Shown piece after piece: positions 18,832-27,884 of a DNA stretch of 33,137 nt. The stretch is from Promethearchaeota archaeon (lineage in GTDB: Archaea > Asgardarchaeota > Lokiarchaeia > Sigyniarchaeales > SOKP01), in contig JBHLOC010000052.1 in assembly GCA_048940925.1 (NCBI GenBank), forward strand, positions 1 to 33,137. Reading direction: 5' to 3'. Each line of letters opens with the position of its first letter. Position 1 is the first letter of the stretch. The position numbers and the translations under genes are program-made. The notes under the pieces are model-generated. The model worked only from the letters and a program-made list of their open reading frames with translations, searched no databases and was not told the DNA's origin.

Positions 18832-19389
18832 TTGCGGACCATGATTGGTAAGGATAAGTTCGAAGATGGTAGAAAGTACGATACAAAATTATACGATGAT
18901 CAATTCATTCATTTTGCGGATAATTCTTTAATGGGAGTATTAATAATTCAAAGAGGATACTTAAAATATTTTAATCAAAAATTCACAGAGATATTTGGTT
19001 ATACTAAAGAAGATATCTTAAAATGGAAAAAAAGAGAATTTTATAAGATTGTTCACCCGGATGATTTACCTAATTTAGTGAAGAATTTCAAGATTGAAGA
19101 TGACCGAAAGACAGTGTCAGTTAAATTTCGAGGAGTATCCAAAACCAAAAAAATCATTAACATTGAAAATTATAATTGTAGAATAGAATATAATAATAAA
19201 ACCGCAATCCTATCTAGTTATGTTAAGATATCTCCAAAAGAAGAAGAAGTTTATACTCCAAAAATATATACAATAAAAACAGGAAAAAAAATCTTAATAG
19301 AATATAAACCTAAAATAATTGAGATATTAAAAAGTCAAGGCATAAAATTTGATATTATTAAGTCTTGTACATACCGAGAAGAAAACTAA
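18832..19389 (+). CDS. Single-PAS-domain protein (copy A)
   Basis: NSLMGVLIIQ...YFNQKFTEIFGYT...IVHPDD PAS motifs; ungapped paralog at 21102-21659. Confidence 0.88.
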   Translation: MRTMIGKDKFEDGRKYDTKLYDDQFIHFADNSLMGVLIIQRGYLKYFNQKFTEIFGYTKEDILKWKKREFYKIVHPDDLPNLVKNFKIEDDRKTVSVKFRGVSKTKKIINIENYNCRIEYNNKTAILSSYVKISPKEEEVYTPKIYTIKTGKKILIEYKPKIIEILKSQGIKFDIIKSCTYREEN

Positions 19390-19548
19390 TCATTCTTTTT
19401 CTCTAATCTCTTCAAAATGAATATTATAATGTTTTTCGGGATCAATAATTTTATATTTTATAAGTTTTCTAGGGATAATTATTACATAATCTGGACCCAT
19501 TGACGCTAATTTGTGATCTTCTAAAGTAAAGATTTTCTTCTTTACCAT
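19390..19548 (-). CDS. 52-aa AbrB/MazE/SpoVT-like small protein MVKKKIFTLEDHKLASMGPDYVIIIPRKLIKYKIIDPEKHYNIHFEEIREKE (not in the ORF track)
   Basis: ATG-TGA ORF abutting the PAS stop; KxxxxGxxhhhhIP swapped-hairpin pattern; conserved second copy at 20937-21072. Confidence 0.72.
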   Translation of the reverse strand: MVKKKIFTLEDHKLASMGPDYVIIIPRKLIKYKIIDPEKHYNIHFEEIREKE

Positions 19549-19867
19549 AATTTAAAAGGGCAAAAATAACTTAAAATATTTTTTGTTATGTTTTATAGAA
19601 ATTAAAATACCCTCTCTAAAGGTGACAATATATTGGATTCTATTAATTTATTTTACGAAAATGGATAAATTATTGAACTAAAGCCTTCCAATTGGAAATA
19701 CTGATGCTAAAAATCTTAATAAAAATTTGATATCTCTTATTATTTCAATTAAATAACAGATTCAATTTTCATATTAAAGGAACTTACATTTATGTAAAAT
19801 GAAATTATTTAGATATATTTAAATAAAATAAGAAAAACATAATAGTATCTAATAAAGATTTATAGAG

Positions 19868-19891
19868 ATCCCTATAAGAATCCCTATAAGA
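19868..19891 (+). repeat. Perfect 12-bp tandem repeat ATCCCTATAAGA x2 in a promoter position
   Basis: Read directly; sits just 3' of a TTTATA box and about 50 bp before the 19944 start. Confidence 0.8.
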
Positions 19892-19943
19892 ATATTATTA
19901 TTAGATGATAAAAATAAGACAAGAAAGCTAAATGTGAAAAATT

Positions 19944-20384
19944 ATGGTAAAAGGAAAATTACTAGTAGGACCAATATTAGGAATTATCGGAGGTGGCTTA
20001 CTTCTTATTGTTGGATTCTTGTCCTTCGGAGTCCAAGCAGGAGTAGAACCAACACTAGCACTATTAACACTCACATGGGGGGACGTTGGTTTTGATCCGA
20101 TCCTCTTTACTATCAGTTCTATTCTTACCTTAGTATTTGCTGCATTAGCGATTATTGGTGCTATTCTGGGATTTGTTGGTAAGAGAGTCCCAGGAGGAGC
20201 TCTAATGTTAATAGGCGGTATTGGGGCAGTTGTTGGTTATTTTGTCCCTGTAGGAGTAATTGATTTACCTCTTCCATATCCAGATGTACCTATCTCATTA
20301 GTTTACCCTGGTTTATTCTGGGTTCCAGGATTTTTAATTTTAATTAGCGGAATCCTAGGTTTAGCCTTAAAGGCAAAGTCTTAA
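19944..20384 (+). CDS. Gly-rich four-TM membrane protein
   Basis: Four hydrophobic segments with GxxxG-like motifs. Confidence 0.85.
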   Translation: MVKGKLLVGPILGIIGGGLLLIVGFLSFGVQAGVEPTLALLTLTWGDVGFDPILFTISSILTLVFAALAIIGAILGFVGKRVPGGALMLIGGIGAVVGYFVPVGVIDLPLPYPDVPISLVYPGLFWVPGFLILISGILGLALKAKS

Positions 20385-20936
20385 AAGCTACCCATTAGTG
20401 ATTTTGCTAATTTAAATATTTTTTTTTCTAATGTGCATTATTAAAAACTAGATTAAACTTGAAGTTGAATTTTATAAAGGATTTATAATCTTATTCTGAT
20501 TACTTTTTGGTTTATGATGGTTTTAATATCTCCTTATTGAATCACCGATATTATACAATACATATTTTGTATTTTAACTCTTAACCTTATTCCGAATGAA
20601 GAATGTTCATGATTTTAATGATATTAATCATTTTTATAATAATAACCTATCAAGAAAAATACGGGATAATCATCAAACGTTGAATTTAAACTGCCCAAAA
20701 ATAAAATTTTTGCGAAAGCGATAGATCTATTAATGACAACTCTTCTAAGAAAAAGAAAATGATAGTTTTTGTAGAAAAATCGTTAGAAGACTCTTTTGAT
20801 ATATTTATTATAATTACATTTATATTCATTCATTAAATTAAGGATTTCTTTTCAAATTTATAATTTAATTAGAGGAAAATCTAATTCTATAAAACACAAT
20901 GCGAAATATTATAAGTAATTTTTATTGAATTAAAAC

Positions 20937-21072
20937 ATGGAAGAGAATAGAAAAATAATTACATTACAAATTGGCATCAATAGGTCCAGATTATGTAGTA
21001 ATTATTCCTCGAAAATTAATTAAGCACAAAATTATTGATCCCGAAAAACAATACAATGTTCATTTTGAATGA
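20937..21072 (+). pseudogene. Frameshifted second copy of the AbrB-like small gene
   Basis: MEENRKIITL, then an apparent 8-nt deletion relative to copy 1, then KLASIGPDYVVIIPRKLIKHKIIDPEKQYNVHFE* in another frame (TTG at 20971 could give 33 aa). Confidence 0.65.
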
Positions 21073-21101
21073 GTTTTTTAATTTAGATCGTAAAATTGAA
21101 G

Positions 21102-21659
21102 TTAGTCTTCTTCTCGATATGAGTAATTCTTTATAACACAAAATTTCAGGTTATTATCTTTTAAGATTTTGACTACTTCGGGATTATACTCTAGAAATAT
21201 TTTCTTTTTTGTGTTTATTACTATTGTCTTAGGAATAAACTCAGTATCTATTTCTGGAGATTCTTTCACATAACTAGCTAGATACGCTGTTTTATTATTG
21301 TACTCAATTTTACATGTGTAGTTTAAAATATCAATTAGCTGATTGTTTTTAGTTATTCCCCTATATCTTGCTGTTATAGTTCTTTTATCATCTTCAACTT
21401 TTAATTTTTTTAATATCTTTGGCAAATCCTCCGGATGAATAATCTTTTGAAATTCCCTTTTTTCCCACTTTTGAACTTCTTCTTTAGTATAGCCAAATAT
21501 TTCTAAAAATTTTTGATTAAAATATTTTATATATCCTCTTTGAATTATTAGAATGCCCATTGAAGAATTATCAACAAAATGAATGAATTGATCATCATAT
21601 AATTTTGTATCGTAATTTCCACCTTCTTCAATGTTATCCTTACTAATCATAGTCCGCAA
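21102..21659 (-). CDS. Single-PAS-domain protein (copy B, inverted)
   Basis: Same length (185 aa) and ungapped alignment to 18832-19389, e.g. YDTKLYDDQFIHF and IEYNNKTA. Confidence 0.88.
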   Translation of the reverse strand: MRTMISKDNIEEGGNYDTKLYDDQFIHFVDNSSMGILIIQRGYIKYFNQKFLEIFGYTKEEVQKWEKREFQKIIHPEDLPKILKKLKVEDDKRTITARYRGITKNNQLIDILNYTCKIEYNNKTAYLASYVKESPEIDTEFIPKTIVINTKKKIFLEYNPEVVKILKDNNLKFCVIKNYSYREED

Positions 21660-21849
21660 ATATAATAATATTAGTTTTTCTTTTTAATTTTATTAAACAG
21701 AAAGTTTTTAGTCCTAACTATGTATAATTGTTGCTGTCTCATATTTTATTTAGAGATAAGTTTTGACTTTTTAATATTAGAGTTTTCAAATATTTTAAAA
21801 CAATTTGAAAAATAAAAATTTAAATAGATTTAAGTAGATTATATATCTA

Positions 21850-21882
21850 GGGCATAGAAAAGCCTATAGAAAAACCTATAGA
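21850..21882 (+). promoter_or_regulatory. 12-bp-period CCTATAGA array upstream of the 21972 gene
   Basis: GGGCATAGA (21850), GCCTATAGA (21862), ACCTATAGA (21874). Confidence 0.4.
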
Positions 21883-21971
21883 TATATCATTTGATTCGGA
21901 GAAATCGAATAATAGAAACTAGTTAAAATTGAATGGATTAATCCTTGAAATATTAATGAAGATGAAAAGAA

Positions 21972-22379
21972 ATGTCAAAAATAGAAATGAGTAAAGAATT
22001 TCTTTTATTTCTAGTAACAACGTTGAAAATGCTAAAGACTATAATAATCCAGCATGGTGAAACTATTAGAAATTATCTAGATGTTCGAGCAATGTCAACA
22101 ATGAATAGAATCTTATGCCAAGAGGAAAGATTCAAACAAATTTCTAAGGATATGACAAAATTGATGAAACGTATAATTAGTAATGAAGAATTTATTTTGT
22201 ATTTAGAGAATTCTAAAAAATTATCAGATAAATTATCATTAACTAAAGATTCAATAAATACACAAGTTGAAAGTGCGATAGCTGATTTTCAAATACATTT
22301 TAAAGATTTGAACGAAAAAATGGAGGAAATGGATAATACATTAAATTCTATCATTCAATCGTTGAAAGAAAATAATTAA
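21972..22379 (+). CDS. Hypothetical helical/coiled-coil protein
   Basis: 135-aa ORF; decayed copies nearby preserve the reading frame. Confidence 0.75.
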   Translation: MSKIEMSKEFLLFLVTTLKMLKTIIIQHGETIRNYLDVRAMSTMNRILCQEERFKQISKDMTKLMKRIISNEEFILYLENSKKLSDKLSLTKDSINTQVESAIADFQIHFKDLNEKMEEMDNTLNSIIQSLKENN

Positions 22380-22468
22380 GTTTAAGTTATATCTGTTCGA
22401 TTTCTATTAGGATTCATTAGAAAGGTTATATGTTTCATAATTCCAATTAAAGAATTACCCTAAAGGGG

Positions 22469-22587
22469 GGCACCGATCATCAAGACCTAATAACAAGTTC
22501 AAAAACAAAATAGGGGAAGGAAGCCGAAATCTTAGTGTGCTTCTACACATTACCAAAAGACAAAAATCCAGGATGTTGATGAAAACT
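22469..22587. repeat. 119-nt non-coding element, copy 1 (candidate structured RNA)
   Basis: 101/119 identical without gaps to 25803-25921; GC-richer than its flanks. Confidence 0.8.
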
Positions 22588-22826
22588 ATAATAATTAATT
22601 CAGTATTGTAATTATAAAGAATTCATTAATTTTATTCCTCCCTCTGGCACCCCCCATCTTTTTTGTCATTTGTGATGGTTTTATTGTTACATTACTTATT
22701 TCACATTCTACGTGGTTGAGTTTATAGAGCTTGAGAAAAAAATCCAGGAACTATAATAAAAAGATACAACAAGCAATAACTTAAAAAAACTTAAAGAGTG
22801 AAAAGATATCCCAACGATTTTTAATT

Positions 22827-23282
22827 TTAAATCTTCATTTTAACAGCTATAATTTCTCCTGAAGCACACTCTTTTTCTTTTACAAACAATGAACAAGTTA
22901 CTCTTGCTTTACGTTCCTTCATTTCCTGTATTCGAGCTCTAAAAATCCATGGCCTATTTAATGGAGTCGGTTGTAAAAATTTTACTAATAATGTTCCAGT
23001 AGCATATGTAATTACTGGTTCTGAATCTTCTTCTCTTCCTTCTGCTCGATAAGCCGCTGAAGCCACTGCATTAAGACAGTGACAATCGAGAATTGTAGCA
23101 ATAATACCTCCACATCCCCTCCCAGGATATGCGCAATGGTGCCTTTTTGGTTTCCATATACAAATACATTCTTCCCCCTCCCAATAACTCTTTATCTGTA
23201 GCCCTTGTTCATTATTCCTTCCACAACCCCAACAATAGGTGCCTAATTCAGGCCATTTATCTTGAATTGCTTTATTTTCCAT
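22827..23282 (-). CDS. PaaI-family hotdog-fold thioesterase
   Basis: CWGCGRNNEQGL, GGIIATILDCH, TGTLLVKFLQPTP. Confidence 0.88.
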   Translation of the reverse strand: MENKAIQDKWPELGTYCWGCGRNNEQGLQIKSYWEGEECICIWKPKRHHCAYPGRGCGGIIATILDCHCLNAVASAAYRAEGREEDSEPVITYATGTLLVKFLQPTPLNRPWIFRARIQEMKERKARVTCSLFVKEKECASGEIIAVKMKI

Positions 23283-23460
23283 ATAAATCTCTCTTAATTT
23301 AATTTTTAATATATCTGATTGGATTACTGAGACATTTATATTTTTGATATAAATGTCAATTTTAAATATAACTTATGTAACATCAATTATAAAGTATTGA
23401 GTCTTTAACCCTCTATTTTAAAATAAAGTCGCAATAAAATCATCTTTGATATTAACAAAT

Positions 23461-23834
23461 ACTAATGTATTCTGCATAGAATAATGCTAGAAAATCTAGC
23501 ATTCCGAGACTATCAAATTTCTTGAAACAATCTAGATATTCAGGCAATGTCAACAATGAATAGAATCTTATATCAAGTCGAAAGACTAAAAAAAATTTCT
23601 AAAGATATGAAAACATTTATGGAGCGTATAGCTAGTGATGAAGAATTTGAATTGTATTTAAAGAGTTCTAAAAAATTATCAAATGAACAATAAGCAAATG
23701 AAGATTCAATAAATACGCAAGTTGTTAATCTGATAGCTGATTTTCAATTAAATTTTAAAGAATTGAACGAAAAAATGGAGGAAATGGATAATATATTAAA
23801 TTCTATCATTCAATCCTTGAAAGAAATTAATTAA
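23461..23834 (+). pseudogene. Decayed copy of the 21972-22379 gene
   Basis: LDIQAMSTMNRIL...LNEKMEEMDNILNSIIQSLKEIN*; internal TAA at 23691 (TCA in the intact gene); disrupted 5' part. Confidence 0.85.
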
Positions 23835-23999
23835 GTTTAAGGAATGAATATAAATTAATTTTTAGAAAAGAATATTATATGAAAGCAATTTTCAGTTTCT
23901 TATTCTTATTAGCGTTTTATTTATAAATATGCGGACATAAATGTAATTGTAGAAGTTATTATAATATTTCTTATAAGTTAAGTCAGAGGTGTAGGGAAT

Positions 24000-24218
24000 A
24001 TACCTATAAATTATTCTCATAATAAGGAACTAGAAAATTCACGAGTGAGAGTATGTTTTGATTGCCATCAGTATCATTCTGTTAGCGTGACTGATTATAA
24101 TACCATAAAATCATTACATCAATTTGAGATAAATCATCGTGGACATAGAACTCAAATAGTAAATCTAAAAGAACTAAAGTCAGATGCTTCTAATGCTCCT
24201 GTTTATCACTCAGTTTAA
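24000..24218 (+). CDS. Small CxxC...HxxH zinc-finger protein (72 aa from ATA 24000, or 57 aa from GTG 24045; not in the ORF track)
   Basis: RVCFDCHQY...FEINHRGHRTQIV; GAGGTG at 23986-23991. Confidence 0.75.
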   Translation: MPINYSHNKELENSRVRVCFDCHQYHSVSVTDYNTIKSLHQFEINHRGHRTQIVNLKELKSDASNAPVYHSV

Positions 24219-24292
24219 AAACCAGATTCATTAAGTGCTTCTAAAGATAATATTAGAAATAAAATTATCTTTGATGTTGATATATTATACTC

Positions 24293-24442
24293 ACTAATGG
24301 AAAACTTCATAGAATGATGCTAGGATATATGGTAAACAAAGATTCTCAAATTTCTTGAAATTATCAAGATATTCGAGCAGTATCATCAATTAATAGAATC
24401 GTACAAAAAGAAGAAAGATTTAAAAAAAGCTTCAAAATATAA
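24293..24442 (+). pseudogene. Third, truncated fragment of the 21972-22379 family
   Basis: NYQDIRAVSSINRIVQKEERFKK versus NYLDVRAMSTMNRILCQEERFKQ; shares 5' sequence with the 23461 copy. Confidence 0.65.
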
Positions 24443-24443
24443 G

Positions 24444-25487
24444 TTATAATATATTTAATTCTTCAAAAATATCCTTTGTAATCTGATATTCCACTGGATG
24501 ATTTTCCTTACCAACATTAAACTGATATTTAAGAGTTTTCATATCAATAATTTTAATCCAATTTAAAAATGAAAAGAGCGTTAATACTTTTCTAGTATAA
24601 GTCGAATTTTTGTTTAATTTATCTTTATTAACAAAGTCCTCCATTATTGCTAAATATTCTAAAATGGTTTTCTTACCAGAATTGTAATCTTTAAAACTTA
24701 ATATACTGTTTTCATTCTGCGAAAGAACGACCCAAAAATGATGTTTCTTATCTTTCAACATTTGATCAACTGAGATTAATTTATTAATATTATATTTACA
24801 CAAAATTTTTCTCTGTTTTATTAAAGCTTCTTGATTCTTAAATAAGGGAGTTATCTTAAAAGTAAATTGGATAAATTTATCTTCATAATAGAAATTAATT
24901 AGTTTAAGACCAAAATATCCTATCAAACCAGCAATCCCTTTACTATAAACAAAATGAATATTACTATAAAACCCTCTATACTCAATAATAATATTATTTT
25001 CCTGAGAATACACATCAAATCTTTCAGTTAATTTATTTTGGATTAAAAATTTTTCAAATAGTCTCAAAATTTTAATCGCATCCTCATTAGTGAAACTGCT
25101 AAGTTTTAAAGTGCCTAACGCAAAATTCCTATAAGTCATATACGAGTTTAAGATTAATTTCCCTAGAGGTCGATATTTGTCGAGTTCAATAGATTCTTCA
25201 AATTGATGTGGATTAACCTTTACAAGTAGTTCATCAAAAAAATTAGTGATTTCTTTTTTAGGAACATTTTTGATTTTTTCAAGCTCGTTTAAATCATTAC
25301 CTGCACTAAAAAACTTTACGCAAATTTCTAAGATGTTATTCATAAACACAGAAATGTTTTTAAATCGTTTATCTTTCGTCTTTTTAAATGTATCTTTCTG
25401 ATATCTTTCTAAGTAATCTTTTATTGACTTTGAAATTGAGGCTGATAATGTAGTTTTTTTATTACCTAAATAGTTTTTATATTTCAT
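24444..25487 (-). CDS. Hypothetical protein with N-terminal ribbon-helix-helix-like segment
   Basis: 347-aa ORF; TTLSASISKSIKDYL...NISVFMNNILE pattern. Confidence 0.65.
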   Translation of the reverse strand: MKYKNYLGNKKTTLSASISKSIKDYLERYQKDTFKKTKDKRFKNISVFMNNILEICVKFFSAGNDLNELEKIKNVPKKEITNFFDELLVKVNPHQFEESIELDKYRPLGKLILNSYMTYRNFALGTLKLSSFTNEDAIKILRLFEKFLIQNKLTERFDVYSQENNIIIEYRGFYSNIHFVYSKGIAGLIGYFGLKLINFYYEDKFIQFTFKITPLFKNQEALIKQRKILCKYNINKLISVDQMLKDKKHHFWVVLSQNENSILSFKDYNSGKKTILEYLAIMEDFVNKDKLNKNSTYTRKVLTLFSFLNWIKIIDMKTLKYQFNVGKENHPVEYQITKDIFEELNIL

Positions 25488-25802
25488 ATTCTTAGAAAAG
25501 TTATAAAAAAAATCTAATTGTTAAGTCTGAGGAATAATCAAACTCAAATAAAAGATTTTCTTTTTTTACTTTTTTAAATATATGTCTTTTTTTTTTTACG
25601 ATAATCGGCTATAAAATATAAAGTTATTTAAGAATAAACTTAAAAAATTACGCATAAGAAATTAAAAAATTTTATAATATTCTTTAAATATGAATTTGCT
25701 CATTTCTAAAACGTTATTAGGAGGTTTTTTTTGAGCTATTTATTTAGATTATAATAACTTTAAAGTGCTAATAATTAAGATAAAAGAATGATCTAAAAGG
25801 GT

Positions 25803-25921
25803 GGCACCCATCAACAAGACCTAACAATAAGGTCAACAACAAAATAGGGGGAGGAGGGCGAAATCAGAGTGTGCTACTACACACTACCAAAAGACAAAAA
25901 TCCAGGGTGTTGATGGGAGCC
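25803..25921. ncRNA. 119-nt non-coding element, copy 2: closed multi-stem structure
   Basis: GGCACCCATCAACA / TGTTGATGGGAGCC closing stem (13/14 pairs), inner hairpins GACCT/AGGTC and AGTGTG/CACACT; RNA status inferred. Confidence 0.5.
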
Positions 25922-26185
25922 ATAGTAATTTAAATGAAATTTATCTCTAACTTATTCCTCATTCATTTTAATAAATAAACTTATTGTTACCTAGTTAGAT
26001 TTAGGATAAAACTGTTAAAAATTTAATTGTACTTTTATTAGTATTACCAAAGATATTAATTTTGGAAAAATCGCTAATTCTATATGCACTTTAACAATTT
26101 ATATAACCATTATCCAAAATTCCTTGTTTTAAATAAAAATGAAAGTGTAGACGCTATGTCAATCTTGTGAAACAAATGGAGATTA

Positions 26186-26497
26186 ATAAAAAAACATAAA
26201 CTCACAAATGAACGGTGGATTCAAAAAGATTATCGATCTTTCCAATTTTATGGAGAAGACAAATTATCAAGAGAAATTGTGCCCCAAGTAAAAGATATAG
26301 TTTACGTTGACTTAAATAATATTGAAAAAGCTACTGTAACTAGTATAAGGTCAAATTATAATCTCTTTTTTCAATTTAAACCTTTTTTTAACCTAAACCA
26401 TAATCAGACATTTTCTGTAAAACTCAAAATGGATGATTACCTTGAACTAAAGGATTTATTATATAAACAAATTCCTCTAAAAATAATAAAGAAATAA
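26186..26497 (+). CDS. Hypothetical protein (103 aa from ATA 26186, or 72 aa from GTG 26279)
   Basis: Frame open 31 codons upstream of the GTG to an ATA just after GGAG. Confidence 0.55.
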   Translation: MKKHKLTNERWIQKDYRSFQFYGEDKLSREIVPQVKDIVYVDLNNIEKATVTSIRSNYNLFFQFKPFFNLNHNQTFSVKLKMDDYLELKDLLYKQIPLKIIKK

Positions 26498-26782
26498 ATA
26501 AGGGTATTCTATTTTTTTCCTTTGTTTTTATACAAAAAATCTGAAGGAATAAAAAAAATTAATAATTTTCACTTTTTTAATCTGAAAAGTTAATTCTCAT
26601 AAAGATCACGAATGATAACCAAGTCATCTATATGGCCTGCATTCCTGCGATTGAGTTGCCTAATGATCATCTTTTTGGTCCCCATGGTTCAGAAGCTACA
26701 AAAAAAGTTAATTTAAACTTAGAAGAACAAGGATTAAGAAAAAAATAAAAAATATAATGACAACACCACCAAATTAATTTAA

Positions 26783-26884
26783 CTTTTGAAGTATTGGAGC
26801 TGGAATTGGGAACACCTTCTGAAATCTTATGCAATTCGATGGTCAGTAGAAAAGATTTTCCTCTCCCATCCCCTCTCTAGCTAG
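26783..26884 (+). mobile_element. Possible IS4/IS701-type transposase remnant
   Basis: HLLKSYAIRWSVEKIF matches the Y-x2-R-W-x2-E-x2-F signature; no start codon and no ends found. Confidence 0.35.
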
Positions 26885-27051
26885 GACCAAACGGTAAAAA
26901 CCTTCTCTTATTATATGAATCGACTGCTCAATGCTTATCTTTCCAATAAAATGGTATTATGGGATAGAGAGTTTTCCCAACCCTCAATATTGGAAAAAAT
27001 TATAAAATTAAAAAAATTTTAATTTTTAGAGATAGTCTTTATTATCTCCTC

Positions 27052-27654
27052 TTATTTACAGCAATTATCTTTATAAGTTGGAAAGATCTTACATAATTCA
27101 GTTATACTCCTAGTAAGATCATTATCACTACATAAATCTTGTTTACGATTTTTGCATATTATTTCAATAAGTTTATTCATTTGATTTCTTGCTTCCTCAC
27201 ATATAATTACCGGTTTTGGGGGTTCAAGATCAATACCACCTAGACCACCATCTCCAGATAAGACACCAGGAGTCAATTCCCTATATATAACATTGATTGT
27301 ATCGATAACTGTGCCCCATTCAGTAATTTTTGGAGTACAACAAGGTTTACAACAGTATTTTCGATATAAATCATAAAGCTTGCATAAAGTCGTTATTACT
27401 TCATTTGTATTTTCAGCACAAAAGTCAATCTCTCTTTTTAATAATTCATCACATATATAATCAATAATAGATCTAATCTTTTTTTCAAGTTGTTGACAAT
27501 AATCGCTTCGATATGTCGTAATAAGCTTAGCAATCTTACGGACTGTTTCATCTGAGTCTGAAATTTGTTTTAATACATTAATATTTTTAATGAATTGCTC
27601 AGAATTTTCCCTATTTGAACCTAAATTCATTTTATTCATATGTTCTTTTAACAT
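27052..27654 (-). CDS. Cys-rich helical protein with a duplicated six-Cys domain
   Basis: C-x14-C-x7/10-C-x11/12-C-x9-CC twice; GGGTGA before the start. Confidence 0.75.
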   Translation of the reverse strand: MLKEHMNKMNLGSNRENSEQFIKNINVLKQISDSDETVRKIAKLITTYRSDYCQQLEKKIRSIIDYICDELLKREIDFCAENTNEVITTLCKLYDLYRKYCCKPCCTPKITEWGTVIDTINVIYRELTPGVLSGDGGLGGIDLEPPKPVIICEEARNQMNKLIEIICKNRKQDLCSDNDLTRSITELCKIFPTYKDNCCK

Positions 27655-27884
27655 TTTATTTCACCCGAAAATTAAGAGATTGTAAAACAATTTCTTATTG
27701 GTACTTAAATCATAAGTTAAAGATTTATTTAAATTTTTACTTTTCTGTAAAACCCATTGAACTTCTTGATTTTTAGCAGAATATAATTCTTTTCTAATCA
27801 AGCGTTTAAACAATTTAACAAAAATGTTAAATAGAAGCACCCTTATTTTTTATTTAATCTTTAAATATATATGGGCGAAATAAA

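Noticed and set aside
20500-20800. Possible degraded gene between the membrane protein and the second AbrB-like copy
   Set aside because: Only short stop-interrupted frames with no identifiable homology
18800-21690. Active phase-variable invertible segment
   Set aside because: The arms are substantially diverged and no recombinase is encoded in the window
22469-25921. 119-nt repeat as a bona fide MITE or CRISPR repeat
   Set aside because: No target-site duplication, similarity extends past the inverted ends, copy 1 ends pair poorly, and there is no repeat-spacer pattern; MITE origin is not fully excluded
25768-25923. Minus-strand peptide MAPINTLDFCLLVVCSSTL-TGA-FRPP... as a selenoprotein or small toxin
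   Set aside because: Copy 1 has AGA at the TGA position and no ATG; substitutions between copies are not mainly synonymous; no SECIS seen
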